Source of the DNA: Octopus vulgaris
Lineage: Eukaryota
Assembly (NCBI GenBank): GCA_951406725.2
Contig: OX597831.1
Coordinates: forward strand, 35,712,001 to 35,776,000
DNA: 64,000 nt
Direction: 5' to 3'
In this document: positions 44,351 through 58,334 of the stretch, one piece after another
How positions within the stretch are numbered: the first letter of the stretch is position 1
Layout: every line of letters starts with the position of its first letter
Program-made: the position numbers and the translations under genes
Notes under the pieces: generated by a model
What the model saw: only the letters and a program-made list of their open reading frames with translations
The model's database searches: none
What the model was told of the DNA's origin: nothing

Positions 44351-44367
44351 CATTATTATTATTATTA

Positions 44368-44574
44368 CTCAGTAGTTTTATTTTTATAGCGTGCTTTCAC
44401 TTCACTACCGAGTGCAGCTCTGTGTGCCTTGGGTATGTGCTGTGATTTGTTGTGATGCTCTGATGGTTATTGTATGGAAAGTGTTCTGCGTAGGATGTGT
44501 GCAGTGCCTAGTAGTGCAATTTTCTGTATGTTATATGTGTTTGTAAGTCCTGGTGTTTTTGTTATGTATTTGTC

Positions 44575-44575
<1 letters not shown>
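44368..44575 (-). mobile_element. R4/Dong 3' end, subfamily 2
   Basis: IQKIALLGTAHILRRTLSIQ* plus UTR; (TAA)n on both sides; nearly identical to 51895-52100. Confidence 0.85.
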
Positions 44576-44673
<98 letters not shown>

Positions 44674-45012
44674 CATCATTATTATTATTGTTATTGAGGG
44701 AGAGTGCAGTGCATGCCATCAAAGTGACACTGAGGTATAAATATATGAAGCCCAATATACCCATCATGATTACTTATCTAATAAGAGTACACCAGACACA
44801 TTATGATTAAAATTATTATTATTGTTATTATTATTAGTTCTTCTTCTTTCAGTTTCATTTCCGCTTCTTGCTGAGCGTCTTCCCAACACTTAAAGCAAAG
44901 AAATTCATTGCATATATTGTTAGGCCCTTGAAATAACACAGATTATTCATTTACAAAATCAAATAAAGTTACATAGAAACAAAAATATTATCATCATTAT
45001 TATTATTATTAC

Positions 45013-45054
<42 letters not shown>

Positions 45055-45781
45055 CATCATCATTATTATTATTACTATCAAGGTGGCGAGCAGGCAGAAT
45101 TTCTAGCATGACAGGTGAAATGCTCAATTGTATTTTGTTTGTCACTACGTTCTGAGTTCAAATTCTGCCAAAATCAGCTTTGACTTTCATCCTTCAGGGG
45201 CTGATGAAATAAGTACCAGTTAAGAGCTGAGGTTGATTTAATCAATTATCCCCCTCTCCCCAATTCCAGGTCTGATGCTTATAGTATAAAGGATTCTTCT
45301 TCTTCTTCTTCTTCTTCTTGTAATTAAAGCAGCATATCAACTGCCTTTATATTCTGAGTTCAAATTCTGCCTAGGTCGATTTTTACCTTTTATCCTTTTG
45401 GGGTCAAAAAAATTAATTCCAGCTGGGGTCAATATAATTGACTTACCCCTTACCCAAAATTGCTGGCCCTGAGCCAAGATTTGAAACCATTTTCAAGTAG
45501 GAGAGAAAGAAATGGAGCGGGCACTTGCTCCAAGGGTTTCAGGGAAATCTCAGACAGTGGGGTTCCTCAGTTATGCCTAGAGGCCTTCCTGTTTCAGGAG
45601 GGCCACATCTCTATTATCCTCCCTACCATTTTTTAAAAACTTTTGTATGCTATGCATGTGTCTCTTCCTTTTCAGTGTATATCATATATACTTACATTTT
45701 TCTTTCTTTTTTTTTATTGAGACAGACAAAGGGCATGGGGGCAAATAAATGAAATTATCATCATCATCATCATCATCATCA

Positions 45782-45845
<64 letters not shown>

Positions 45846-45847
<2 letters not shown>

Positions 45848-46403
45848 TATGTTTGACTTCTGCTTTACATTTGTATAAGTTGGCTCCAAGTCTCACCCAG
45901 AGACCTCAAGAGACAACAGGTTAGAAGTTCATGCTGGTGTTATGCCTAAGGTGCCAAATATTTGGTTTTGTACATAGTGTTGTACTAGAGAATGTTTAAG
46001 AAACCATAAGAAAATTATGTGTTTGTTTTAAAACTTGAGATTACATAGTCAGTATTTTATGTAGGATATGGGCAGTTTCCATGAGCAGTATCTTTTGAAT
46101 TTCTGCCATTTTGGGGTTTCCTGGTATTTGAGCTAGGTAGCAATCAGCCCCTTTTGCTATCATTCCCAGGGCACCTATGGCAACAGGTATTGTTTTAGTC
46201 TTCAGGTTCCACATTTTGTTAATTTCTATTTCAAGATCTTTATACTTGCTCAGTTTTTGGTAGTCCTTGACAGATACATTTATATCGATTGGGACAGTCA
46301 TATCAATGACGAGGCATGATTTTTGTCTGAAGTCTTTCAATATGATGTCTGGCCTATTTGCATCTATCTTTCTGTTACTTTGAATGGTGAAGTTCCAGAG
46401 GAT
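45846..46403 (-). mobile_element. R4/Dong 3' end, subfamily 3
   Basis: ILWNF..RPDI..VIDMTVP..KLSKYKDLEIEI..IGALG..TAHILHKIL*; (TAA)n on both sides. Confidence 0.85.
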
Positions 46404-46409
46404 ATTACG

Positions 46410-46450
<41 letters not shown>

Positions 46451-47073
46451 CAAATGGCAGAAGTTACTTTTGCCGATTGATAATCGGGGAAAAAATTAGA
46501 ATATATATATTCACGTTCTGAGTTCTGTTTATCTGCTTTTAAAATAACAGCTTCTGATTTAGGTATAAAGACAATAATTTTTGAGGGAGAAGTTTAGCTG
46601 ACACCATAGACCCCAGTTATTGACTGATACTTTAATTTATGAACACCAAAATGATGAAAGCTAAAGTCGATCTCTGTGTGATTTGAACTCAGAATATAAC
46701 GATTCCAAAGTATTTTTACCAGTGCTCTAATGATTCGGCCAGCTCACAAAATCATAATAATCAGCATGGTGAAAGCCAGAATGCCTTTCATCTCAGGTCA
46801 GCTGGATCATGCTGCTCTGGGGCTAAAGAAGAAGAAAAACAAAACTAACAATGAAAAATATATAAAACCTTGACAAATTTATTTTTGGTAGGAATTGAAC
46901 TCTTATTTCCTGGTTGGTATACTTATGTTTTAAATGTACACAGTGTTTGTTTTATGAATGCTGATTGTATTTGTTTAAACGATTCTAAGATTGAAAAGGA
47001 AAACAAACAAATTTTATGTTAGTTTTCTTTTTATCTAAATTGTATCTGAAGAGAGAAAGAGAAGGGAAGGGAA

Positions 47074-47124
<51 letters not shown>

Positions 47125-47270
47125 GGGGAGAATCAAGAAGAAAGAGAGAAAGAAAGAAGGAAAGGAAAAACACCAGCAAAATTGAAAGTATCTTGCCAGC
47201 ATCAAAACAAAGTTAATCCGAGGATAATTCATCATAGAATACTATGTCACATTATGATGCTCTCCAAACA

Positions 47271-47369
<99 letters not shown>

Positions 47370-47451
47370 TATATGTATATGAATCGAATCGATCAATATA
47401 TATATGTGAGGATATGAAATCGATCAAGGAAATCGATCAATATATATATAC

Positions 47452-47543
47452 GTGCACCACTACACTCACGGAGTGGTTGGCGTTGGAAGGGCATCCAGCC
47501 GTATATATATATATATATGTCTAAATGATGATGATGATGATGA

Positions 47544-47603
<60 letters not shown>

Positions 47604-47775
47604 CATACATACATACATACATACATACATGTATACATATACATATAGATACAATATACATGTACACATAGATATATGCATACATATATACACATATATA
47701 TACATATACATATATGCACATATACATACACACATATACATATATATATATGAGTGTGTGTGCATATATATATGT

Positions 47776-47812
<37 letters not shown>

Positions 47813-47846
47813 TTATATTTATATGCACACACATATACATATACCA

Positions 47847-47881
<35 letters not shown>

Positions 47882-48114
47882 GATAGATATAGATATGCTT
47901 ATACAGATACATATATACATATATACATATACATTCATACATACACACAAATATATAACTGTATACACGCACACACACATATATGTATATATATATGTGG
48001 TCTTAGCTGTAGAAACATTGCCAGATAAGACTGGAGCCTGGTGCAGCCTCCTGGTTTCCCAGATCCCCGGTCGAACCGTCCAACCCATGCTAGCATGGAG
48101 AACGGACGTTAAAC

Positions 48115-48145
<31 letters not shown>
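47452..48145 (+). mobile_element. RTE-type tail split by a ~500-bp microsatellite block
   Basis: GGGCATCCAGCCGTA ends near 47503 and resumes as GCTGTAGAAAC at ~48007; ends in (GAT)n. Confidence 0.7.
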
Positions 48146-48589
48146 TCTGCCAATTGCTTATCCCTGCTTAATTGCTTATATGGAATGAAAAAAGAAAGTA
48201 ATTATCAGTTTCCTCGATTAAGTTTATTTTATTCAATGAACATGAGGAGAATGCGAGCATTCATTAGACGAATACTATAAATTTCTGTTGCATAATGTTT
48301 TGATGGGGATAATCATGTACTTTTACGATAAGACATACACAGAATACTATCTCTGATATTGCTGCAATTATTAGACTGTGGCCATGCTGGAGCACCACAT
48401 CGAAGAACTCTTTAGTTGAAAGTATTGGCAGCATTACTAATCTTTTTTTCTTTTAATCCCAATACTTATTCTTTGACCAAACTGCTAAGTGACAGGGAGG
48501 TAAATGAATGTAAACAGAGATTGGGGACAAACACTGACACACACATATATGACTTATTTTTTCTGTATGTTTATAAAAGCTAGAAAATT

Positions 48590-51500
48590 TCACTTTATAC
48601 ATTAATTACCATATGTGTCCATTGGACCCTTGAATTAAATTCAGACAATACTCTTGTCATTCTAAACAGAATGAAAACAGTATCAAATATTATTTTCCCA
48701 GATATTTATCAGATATAAAATAGATAAAATTGTATTCAATTTATTTGCAGAATTTTAGATAAAATAGGAAAAAATTATGAAAATATTCCTATAAATTTGC
48801 GTGGTATTGCATCACGTTCAATCTGCTAGGTTATAGGGTGATGCAATATTTCTATGTGCAGAAGGTGGCGAGCTGGCAGAAACATTAGCACGCTGGGTGA
48901 AATTCTTAGCGGTATTTTGTCTGCCACTACATTCTGAGTTCAAATTCCGCTGAGGTCAAATTTGTCTTTCATCCTTTCAGGGTTGATTAAATAAGTACCA
49001 GTTATGCACTGGGGTCGATATAATCGACTTAATCCATTTGTCTGTCCTTGTTTGTCCCCTCATTGTGTAGCCCCTTGTAGGCAGTAAAGAAATAAGAAAC
49101 ATTAGCACGTCGGACATTATTTCATCTGTCTTTACATTCTGAGTTCAAATTCCGCTGAGGTCAACTTTACCATTCATCCTTTCGGAGATGATAAATTAAA
49201 TATCAGTTGTGTACTGGGTCAGTCTAATCAACTGGCCCCGCCCCCCCAAAAAATTTCGGGCCGTGTACCTAGAGTAGAAAAGAATATTTCTATGCGATAA
49301 TGCAATTCTTACAATATAGTGCATCATCTTTCAGGAGAGTATAAATATGTGAAAGAGCAATATCTGCCTTTAGTTTGCTACCAAGTTTCATATAGTTCAG
49401 TTGTGCTTTCCAATATACCTAGACATGAAAACTTCATCATCATCATTGTTCGACCGTGGTCGAGACTTTCATAGTCTTTTCAAATGGCTAATAATGTGTG
49501 CGCGCGCCACTACTACACACATTGGAAAGCATTGTACAACCAAGTACTAAAGAAGATTTTTCCTCCTCCATGAAACAAAGCTGTTCCCGCTGGACATCAA
49601 CCCAGTATTTCTAAGCTACGGACCCAGTGATTTATTGTAAGGTTATCTCCCTAGATAGATTGCCTTCACTACGGCTAAGGAGCCCTTTCTACCCCATGAA
49701 AACTTGAGTGAAGACCAAAATCGAATTATTGGAATTAGATGAAGAATGGAAAGAAGATAGTAGTGATGCCTTCTGTTACCCTGAAGAGGATGGTGAAAGT
49801 GATTGTGTGCTGGACAGTTTAGGTTCTGTGTCATCAGATGATGAAGATACTCAAAAACAATTTATCTGCAAGCCATCCAATTATGAATGAGCAATATGTT
49901 TCTAGAGACAGACAAGAAGTTTGGCATTCTAATCCTCCTACTCAAGCAGCAGTAAGAACTTCATAATGCAATGTTGTTCTCCAAGAATGCGAACCATCTC
50001 ATTTTGCTAAAAGGTATTGCGATAGCATTGAAACATATTTTACAATTTTTATGCACCAGAATCTTCTTGAAGTAATTCGTAAATGGACAAATGTTGAAGG
50101 TCAGGTTGTTTAAAAAGATAAATGGAAGGAAATTGATCATTCTGAACTAAAGAAATTTATTGGACTGATTATTCTTATAGGTGTTTATAAATCTAAACAT
50201 CAAAATGTCACATAATTATGGAGTGAAGAAGATCGCTGCCCAATATTCAACAAAATTATGAGCCAGGGAATATTTCAACAGATTTTACAAGTATTGCACT
50301 TTGATGATACTAGTGCAAGAAGAAAAAAGAGAAGTGATGATAAATTGGAGCCCATAAGAGAAGTATTTGAAATGTGGAATCAGAATTTGGAAGATGGATA
50401 TGCTTCCAGTTCATGCATGACAGTTGATGAACAATTAGTTTCATTCAGAGGTTACTGCCCATTCTGAATGCATATTCTTTCAAAACCAGGGAAAAATGGA
50501 AATAAAATTTGGGCAATATGCAACAGTGAAACATCTTATACCTGGAAAATGCAAATCTACACTGGAAAAGACCCAATAAAAGGGAGAGAGAGACAAATCA
50601 AGATTCAAGAGTTGTTGACGATCTAATAAAAGAACTTGAAAATACTGGTCGCAATATAATTTGTGCTAACTTTTTTACAAGTCTAAGTTTGATTCAAAAG
50701 CTGCTTAGCAAGAAAACTACTTTAGTTGGAACAATTAGTAAGAACAGAGATGAACTTCCAAGTGCTTTCACAAATGGAAAAGAAATCAACAGCACAATTT
50801 TTGAATTTCAAAAAGATTTTATGATTCTATCTTACTGTCCCAAGAAAAATTGTGTAATCACACTTATGAGTACATTACTCTCAGCCTTCAATTGATTAAA
50901 AAAGTGCTGAAAAGAAACCTCAAGTGATTACATGTTACAAAAAAACAAAAGGAGGAATAGATACCCTAGATAAGTTGGTAAGGACATTCACTTGTGACAG
51001 AATGACTCAAAGATAGCCTATGGTCATATTCTACAACAGGATTGATATAAGTGCAGTGAATGCTTTCATTGATGCTAAACAGCCTCACTTGCAAAGGTTC
51101 AAGGATAAAAGAAGACAGTGCCTAATTCAGTTAGGAAAGGAACTTGCTGGAGGTAATGCTAAACAAGAACATGACAAACGATCTTCTAGTTCCGCTAACA
51201 TTTCTCAACTAAACTATAAAAGAAGACAATCTTCAACCTCATTTGAGATTCCTTAGCCAAAGAAAAAAGGAATATGTTCTTTGTGTGGCCCAAAAAAGAC
51301 AGGAAAACTCGTACTACATGTAAAAATTGTAATATCCATGTTTGCCAAGAACATTCCAATGTTGTCTGCATTCACTGCAATGAAGAGCTGTAATTCTGTA
51401 TTTTTGTAATCTTTTAAATTTATAATATATTCTGTAAGCTGTACTTTTTAAATTAAAATTTGTGAAAAACAGTAATTCTTCATTTGCCTGATAACATATA

Positions 51501-51623
51501 TAATGTAGCTAAGAAATAGGGGTAGTTTGAATAAAATTTAATTAAAAGAAAAATATTGGGTCCATTGGATCCAGTTGGTAATTAGTGACATACATTCATT
51601 TTCTCTGGTAGACCAAGGGTTAA
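48590..51623 (+). pseudogene. piggyBac transposon with a decayed transposase (about 49696-51392)
   Basis: TVDEQLVSFRGYCPF, SKPGK.GIKIW, GRNIICANFFTS, LVGTISKNR, KGGIDTLD and a C-terminal Cys-rich domain; right end AGGG-TTAA at 51616-51623; subterminal IR 48597-48630 versus 51558-51592. Confidence 0.85.
49435..49694 (-). mobile_element. 260-bp retroposon with (GAT)n tail and 11-bp TSD
   Basis: TSD CATGAAAACTT at 49424-49434 and 49695-49705; CATCATCATCAT at the left end. Confidence 0.75.
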
Positions 51624-51894
51624 GGATGATGAACGAAACACCCGTGTTTCCAGAGGTGAATTATTCAAACTCCAAAGAATTCCTATCAACACATGGCTAT
51701 GACACTCTCCTACTACTTTTGCTCACAATGAGACATGCATATATTGTCAGGCATCAAAGGACATGCTCAACTGGTTAGGGTCAACCAACTCTGTGGCATG
51801 GAGCAAATCTGTGGTATTGAGCAGAATATTTGCTGTAGCCCATCTTTTATACCAAGACAAAAGAATGTACATGATTATTATTATTATTATTATT

Positions 51895-52244
51895 CAGTAG
51901 TATATTTTTTATATCGTGCTTTCACTTCACTACTGAGCACAGCTCTGTGTGCCTTGGGTATGTGCTGTGATTTGTTGTGATACTCTGATGGTTATTGTAT
52001 GTAAGTGTTCTGCGTAGGATGTGTGCAGTGCCTAGTAGTGCAATTTTCTGTATGTTATATGTGTTTGTAAGTCCTGGTGTTTTTGTTATGTATTTGTCTG
52101 AATATTTTTTTATCATGCCTAATGCACCTACTATGATAGGAATTGTTTCTGTTTTTAGATTCCACATTCTGGTTACCTCTATTTCCAGGTCTTTGTATTT
52201 TGAAAGTTTCTCCATTTCTTTTAGAGACACATTGTCATCCGCTG

Positions 52245-52247
<3 letters not shown>
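51895..52247 (-). mobile_element. R4/Dong 3' end, subfamily 2
   Basis: KEMEKLSKYKDLEIEVTRMW..IVGALG..TAHILRRTL; (TAA)n on both sides. Confidence 0.85.
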
Positions 52248-52313
<66 letters not shown>

Positions 52314-52779
52314 TGTCAAAATGACTACCAAACACAAACATTATGCACAACAAAACATTGAAACAACTAATGAAGAAAGATGAATGACACAAAAACAAAA
52401 CAGGACAAAAGAAAGAAAAATAAACTTATTATTTAAATGAACAATTAATACCTAAAAAATATTCCAAACAGTCAAACAAATAATTTTGAAGACATCAATA
52501 CAATGAAACAGTGGTGATATTTGAATTTTAAAACTCTTATGCATTGAAGCAAATAGGACAGAATTTTTTGGTCTACCACAGTTCCAAGAAAGAAATAGTA
52601 TTTGGGGGAATTTTCTAAGACCAAACACTGTTTTTTTTTTTTTTTGCTGCAGGTGGTAATCCAAGAGAGAACAATAGGAAAAGTATATATCTGTGGCTTA
52701 AGAAAAAAATAGCACTGGATTGAACTTACTTTCATGACAGAAATTACATCCAAACTCTTGAAGAAGAAATCTTCTGAAC

Positions 52780-53290
52780 CAGAAAAGGAAAAGAAACGTT
52801 ATGGCACTAACTATTGTACTTTCAAGACCAAAGATTCAACAGAAACACAGGTGGAAATTGTTAGGTATACCTCCAACCAAGCTCTTGTGCTCTGGTACAT
52901 AATGTAAAGAAATACAGGAGTGATAATTAAAGACATTAAAAGCAATGTAGATTAGTGGCTGATCGTTACTTTTCATTTGGCAGTATGGATGAGTGTTTAA
53001 AGAAGGGATAACAAGAGCTGACATGGGGTTATGATATATCAAAATTGACTTGCGAGTTCTAATGATACCCAAAGGTCATAAAGACATTCTGGTGCTGTGT
53101 TTGGTTAAGGATGCTGAGATGACTGACATAGGGTTAATGACACAGGGCAAAATTTCTAGTTGCTATATTTGTCATTGTTTGAAACACTTCAGAGCTAGTT
53201 TATCCAGAAGAACTAGAAGACTAAGTAAGAAAACAAGAAAGAAAAGCAATAGAAACCAGACGATGGAGCAACAAGAGTAATGAATCCCAG
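52780..53290 (+). pseudogene. Possible LINE ORF1 remnant with a zinc knuckle
   Basis: CYICHCLKHFRAS resembles CX2CX4HX4C followed by a basic tail; upstream LLGIPP; very decayed. Confidence 0.35.
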
Positions 53291-53336
53291 TTTCCAGAGA
53301 AACATCAGTCAAAATTCTGGGAATAGCAAGAGAAAT

Positions 53337-53523
53337 TATTGTATTTTAACATGTATAAAGAAACCCTTTTTCTCAAAATTTAGGTTAAAAAATGTAGGAG
53401 TTTCTTACACATGGATAATATTATAATTATAATCCCTTACGAAATTTTTTTCTAAATTTTAAGTCCCCAAAATTAGGGGGTTCCTTATACATGAGGGTTT
53501 CTTATACAAGTTAAAATATGGTA
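53337..53523. mobile_element. pogo/Tc2-like MITE
   Basis: TATTGTATTTTAACATGTATAA(A)GAAACCC and inverted GGGTTTCTTATACAAGTTAAAATATGGTA. Confidence 0.6.
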
Positions 53524-54907
53524 CTTTATGCCCAGTCCTAGAAACAAACTTGCAAATATCCCGTCTCTTAACAGTAGCAATCAGTATCAAAAACTCATTA
53601 TTGTGTGATGAAATGAAAATAACAGTTATCATCATAAACATTTAAGATCTTTGTTTCACGCTGATGTGAGTATAATGATGTGACATGATCTGATGGGCCC
53701 AAGAAGATCTTATGGTCCATTGTCTCTGTTGGCAAAGTTTCTACAGCTGGATGCACTTCTCTAGCATATACTAGGTGCTTTCTTTGTCCCAATAGCACTA
53801 ATGAGGTCACTGTTCAGCATACAGGACTGCAAAACTTCGAAGAGAAGGTTTAATACAGAAAGATGAGTGGTCACAGTACGAGAGATGGGTTACTGAGAAA
53901 ATGAAAACAAAACTGTCAAACAAATCACTCAAGAATTAAACCAGTTATCTTCTAGTTATCAGTGTTGTCTAGCATTTACACATCCAGTAATATATTTTAC
54001 ATTTTACATACAGTCTAGCTAGAGTGGCATTCCCTTCATCAGCTGTTGGTTAGAAGTCACAATAGTTTTGATACTTTTTGACAGTACTGCTATCTAGAAC
54101 ATTGTCAAGGAGCATAATACTACCATCAAGTGTGCACCATTTTGGTGTACACCATAACACACAGGCTTTTCTTCATTATCAAACCAAATGCAGTTATAAA
54201 CCACTCAGAAATCCAGCAATAATTTCATTTTTATATTTACTGAGAATATATTCCTTGTTCTTAGATTAAGTATCTCTCTTACATATTTCTGGCATATTTA
54301 TAATAAAGCATTTCCTGGTTTGCTCTTCAGTTTGCAAGGCACTATTCTACTGTCTTTCTTAAGTTAAACAGGAATGAAGATGTAGGTTTAACTACAAATG
54401 CACAACACTCCAGCTCTTCAGGAGAAGCATTGCACATATTTACTAAATAAACTATGTATGAGCATATGTGTGTGAGCTTATACACACACACACACACACA
54501 CATTTATATATATACACACATACATATATACCCATATATATACATATATATAAAAAATGTAAGTATGATATATATATATATATATATATGCATGTTTCTA
54601 TTTATATATATATATGTTTGTGTGTGTATATATTCATGTGTATGTGTGTATGTATGTATCTATCTATCCACATTAATGTATGTCAAAGTGTGTGTGTGTG
54701 TGTTTATTTGTGTACGTGGCACAGTAAATGTATATCAACAAATGCATGTGTGCAACAGTGCATATGCATGCATGCATGCACATGCATACACACACACTCA
54801 TACTTGCACACACACTTTATAACTCATATCCTTCTTGTGTACACGTGTGCATATACATACATACAAACATACATAGATACATACATCATACATACCTACA
54901 TGCATAC

Positions 54908-54983
<76 letters not shown>

Positions 54984-56244
54984 ACACACACACAAAGAAA
55001 GGAAATTGACAGATTTCTTTTACTCACGTGTCCACCCCACCATTGCTTATTTTGTCACCATGGATACAAATCTTCTAGCATGGCAACAAAACTAGATATA
55101 TCCCTGTTACAAGAGCATATACTCACAAAAGGGCCTTGTTGAACATTATGCCTGATGGTAGACTATCACCCACACTACTACCTCACTATACTGCTGCCTA
55201 CACCATCACCACCAGCACTACTACAACTGCAACCACCACCACTGCTATTTCCACTATCAGTATCACTGCCATCTCTAACACCTCTATTACCAACACAACT
55301 GCTACCACCAATGCTGACATCACCACCGCCAACACTACCACCAATACTAACACCCCTAACACATGCATCACCACAACCACCACTACCACCACCACCACAA
55401 CGAAAATATAACCATTACCAGAATCACTGTTAGTGCCATCATCAACACCATAACCAACACAAACCATCATCATCATTATCCTCATCAACATCATCATCAT
55501 TATCATCATCATCATCATCATAATCATCATCATCATCATCATCATCGTCGTCGTCATCATCATCATCATCATCATCACTGTCGTTATCATTATTGCCATG
55601 ATGGTTGCGATCACCAACATCTTCCATCTGCTCCCGTCCTGTTCTTCCTCTTGCTCCTCTCTTGCTTGTCTTCCTCTCTCCTTCACTCCACTGCAATACC
55701 CTCTTTCGCCTCCACCTCCTCCTCCTCGACACTGCTGCCGCCGCCGCCTTCGCCCCCACTGCCACCTCCGCAGCCTCCACTGCCACCTCCGCCGCCGCCA
55801 CCACCTCTGCCGCCTCCTCCACCACTGCCTCCGCCACTGTCTCCACCCCCTGACGCCGTCACCCCCTCCTCCTCATCATCATCATCATTGCCACCAGCAG
55901 GAATGAAATAGCTATACATGAAATTCAAATGAAGCAGTGAAGTGAAGAAAGACACAAAGAAAGGAAAGAAAAGCGAAAGAAAAGAAAACAGAAAAAGAAA
56001 AGAAAGGAAAATGAAAAAGAAAAAGAGAAAAGAGGAAGAATTCCTAACGATGAAATAACAGTGTGTTTATCAGTAAATGCATTTGGTTTTGACACTGATG
56101 AACTCAATTATAGCAGTTTTCCCCTCGGTGGACATAGCATGTTATTGCAGAGAGAATTCTGATTCCTTACCAATTCCAAAGAAGAAGAATATACCCAGAA
56201 TATAAAGGTTCCATTTGATAAAAGACGAGCTGATCTTTAATGGG

Positions 56245-56330
56245 TGAAAGAGAGAGGGAGGGGGAGAGAGATAAGGTTGGAGAGAGAGAGAGTGGGGCAG
56301 AGAGAGGGGAAGAGAGAGAGAGAGGGGAAG

Positions 56331-56363
<33 letters not shown>

Positions 56364-56995
56364 GGGAGAGAGGGAAGAAAGAGATAAGTGAGAGAAAGGG
56401 GAAGAGAGAGAGGGGGGAGAGAGATAAGGAGGAGAGAGAGAGTGGGGCAGAGAGAGGGGAAGAGAGAGAGAGAGAGGAGAGAGAGGGAAGAAAGAGATAA
56501 GTGAGAGAAAGGGGAAGAGAGTGAGGGGAGAGAGATAAGGAGGAGAGAGAGAGTGGGGCAGAGAGAGGGAAAGAGAGAGAGAGAGGAGAGAGAGGAGAGA
56601 GAGGGAAGAAAGGGATAAGTGAGAGAAAGGGGAAGAGAGAGAGGGGGAGAGAGATAAGGAGGAGAGAGAGTGTGGGGCAGAGAGAGGGGAAGAGAGAGAG
56701 AGGAGAGAGAGAGAGGGAAGAAAGAGATAAGTGTGAGAAAGGGGAAGAGAGGGAGGTAGAGAGAAGGGAGAAAAGAGAGAAGTGAGAGAGAGAGAGAGGG
56801 TGAAAGAAGAGAGATATAGGGGAGGATATGACAGAAAGAAATAGGGGAGATAAAAGAGAAAGAGAAAGAAGAGAAAGGAGAAAGAGAAAGAAGAGAAAGG
56901 AGAAAGAGAAAGAAGAGAAAGGAGAAAGAAGGAGAAGAGAGATATCGAGGGAGAAAGAGTAAAGAGGAGAGAGAAAGAGAAGGAAGAAAGGAATA
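56245..56995. repeat. Polypurine minisatellite with ~120-150-bp higher-order units
   Basis: GAGAGATAAGG..GTGGGGCAGAGAGAGGGGAA..GATAAGTGAGAGAAAGGGG repeated about four times. Confidence 0.85.
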
Positions 56996-57700
56996 ACTTC
57001 CTCACTTTATAAAATCTATCTGTCTGACTCTCTCTGCAACTTCCTTCATCTCTCTTAGTTCTTGCCTCCTACTTTCTCTCCTACTCTATATCATTTTACT
57101 TCATCTCTCTCTTTCTCCTAATCTTCTCTTCTCCCCACTCTCTATTATCTTGCTCTCTCCAATTTCCCTCTCTCTCTTTCTCCTTGTCTTTCTCACTCTC
57201 TATCATCTTTCGCTCTCCCACTCTCTCCTTGACTTCCCCTCTCTCCTTGCCCTTATCTCCTCTCCTCCGCTCTCTATCATCTTTCTCTCTTCTACTCCCT
57301 CCTACTTTCTCTCTCTCTTTGTCTCTGTCCTTGTCTCCAACTCTCACACTTTCTATATTATTCTCCTCCCTCTCTCTCTCTTCCTCCATACCTCTTACTC
57401 CCCCCCCCCGCTCTCTATCGTCTTTCCGTCTCAAATACGACCCTCATCTTTCGACCATATAAAAGGACCACCACTTTGCCTTGACATCACATTGCACGTA
57501 TATTCAGAACAGTTGCTGATACTTTCGCTCTTCATGTTCTAGAAAACACTACCCTCGTTCCTCGGCTTCCAACATTTTCTATTGTGCTTCCAACAAGGCA
57601 CTCTTCCACATTGAAAAACGTTGAATCTAACTCAAACGCATTAGAAAGGTTTATGTTAGGTTTGGAGAACTTCTTTTGAAATAACCTAACGACTGATAAT

Positions 57701-57950
57701 CTTGGTTGGTGCATAATTATTGCGGCTTTTTTTCAACAAATTTTATTTTAAAAAAACAATAACATGTAACAAAAACATCTTTAAATGATTATCCCGGAGC
57801 ATATTCACCATCTACTTCAATTACTGCTTCCCATTTGCTTGGCAGACGGTCAGACCGTCATTTGAAGATTTTTTTGTTAAATATTGTTATTGTTTTTGTT
57901 GAATAAAATTTGTTGAGAAAAAGCCGCAATAATTATGCACCAACCCAATA
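57701..57950. mobile_element. Mariner-derived MITE made of two inverted 3' ends
   Basis: TIR TTGGTGCATAATTATTGCGG; ~87-bp arms; interior encodes DRLPSKWEAVIEVDGEYAPG* on minus. Confidence 0.85.
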
Positions 57951-58221
57951 GTAAGTACAAGGAATAGAAATAGCGGTAGAATCAGTTGTAGATGTAGCAA
58001 TAGCAGTGGTTGTAGTATTGGTAGTAGCAGTAGTAGCTGTTGTAGTTGTTGCTGTTGCTTAGCTCCAGATCAGGCGTGATCCTGTAAACCTACGATAAAA
58101 GTTATTGTAACCATGACATTCCCAACATATTTCCACAAACAAACACACAGAACGGAATACATGGATGCGTGGCGTTCAATTAAATAATAATATAAATAAT
58201 ATAAATATTATATATATATAT

Positions 58222-58334
58222 ATTGGCCTGCTCGCTTAGCCAGCGGGGTGGCGTCATTCGAAGGCTAAAACAATGCGAACGCATTGTGATCAGCGATGTG
58301 TAACAACATCTGATGATCTGGTCGGTCACGTGAT

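Noticed and set aside
47381-47442. Three AATCGATCAA motifs within TA repeats
   Set aside because: Best explained as local slippage duplication; no evidence of function
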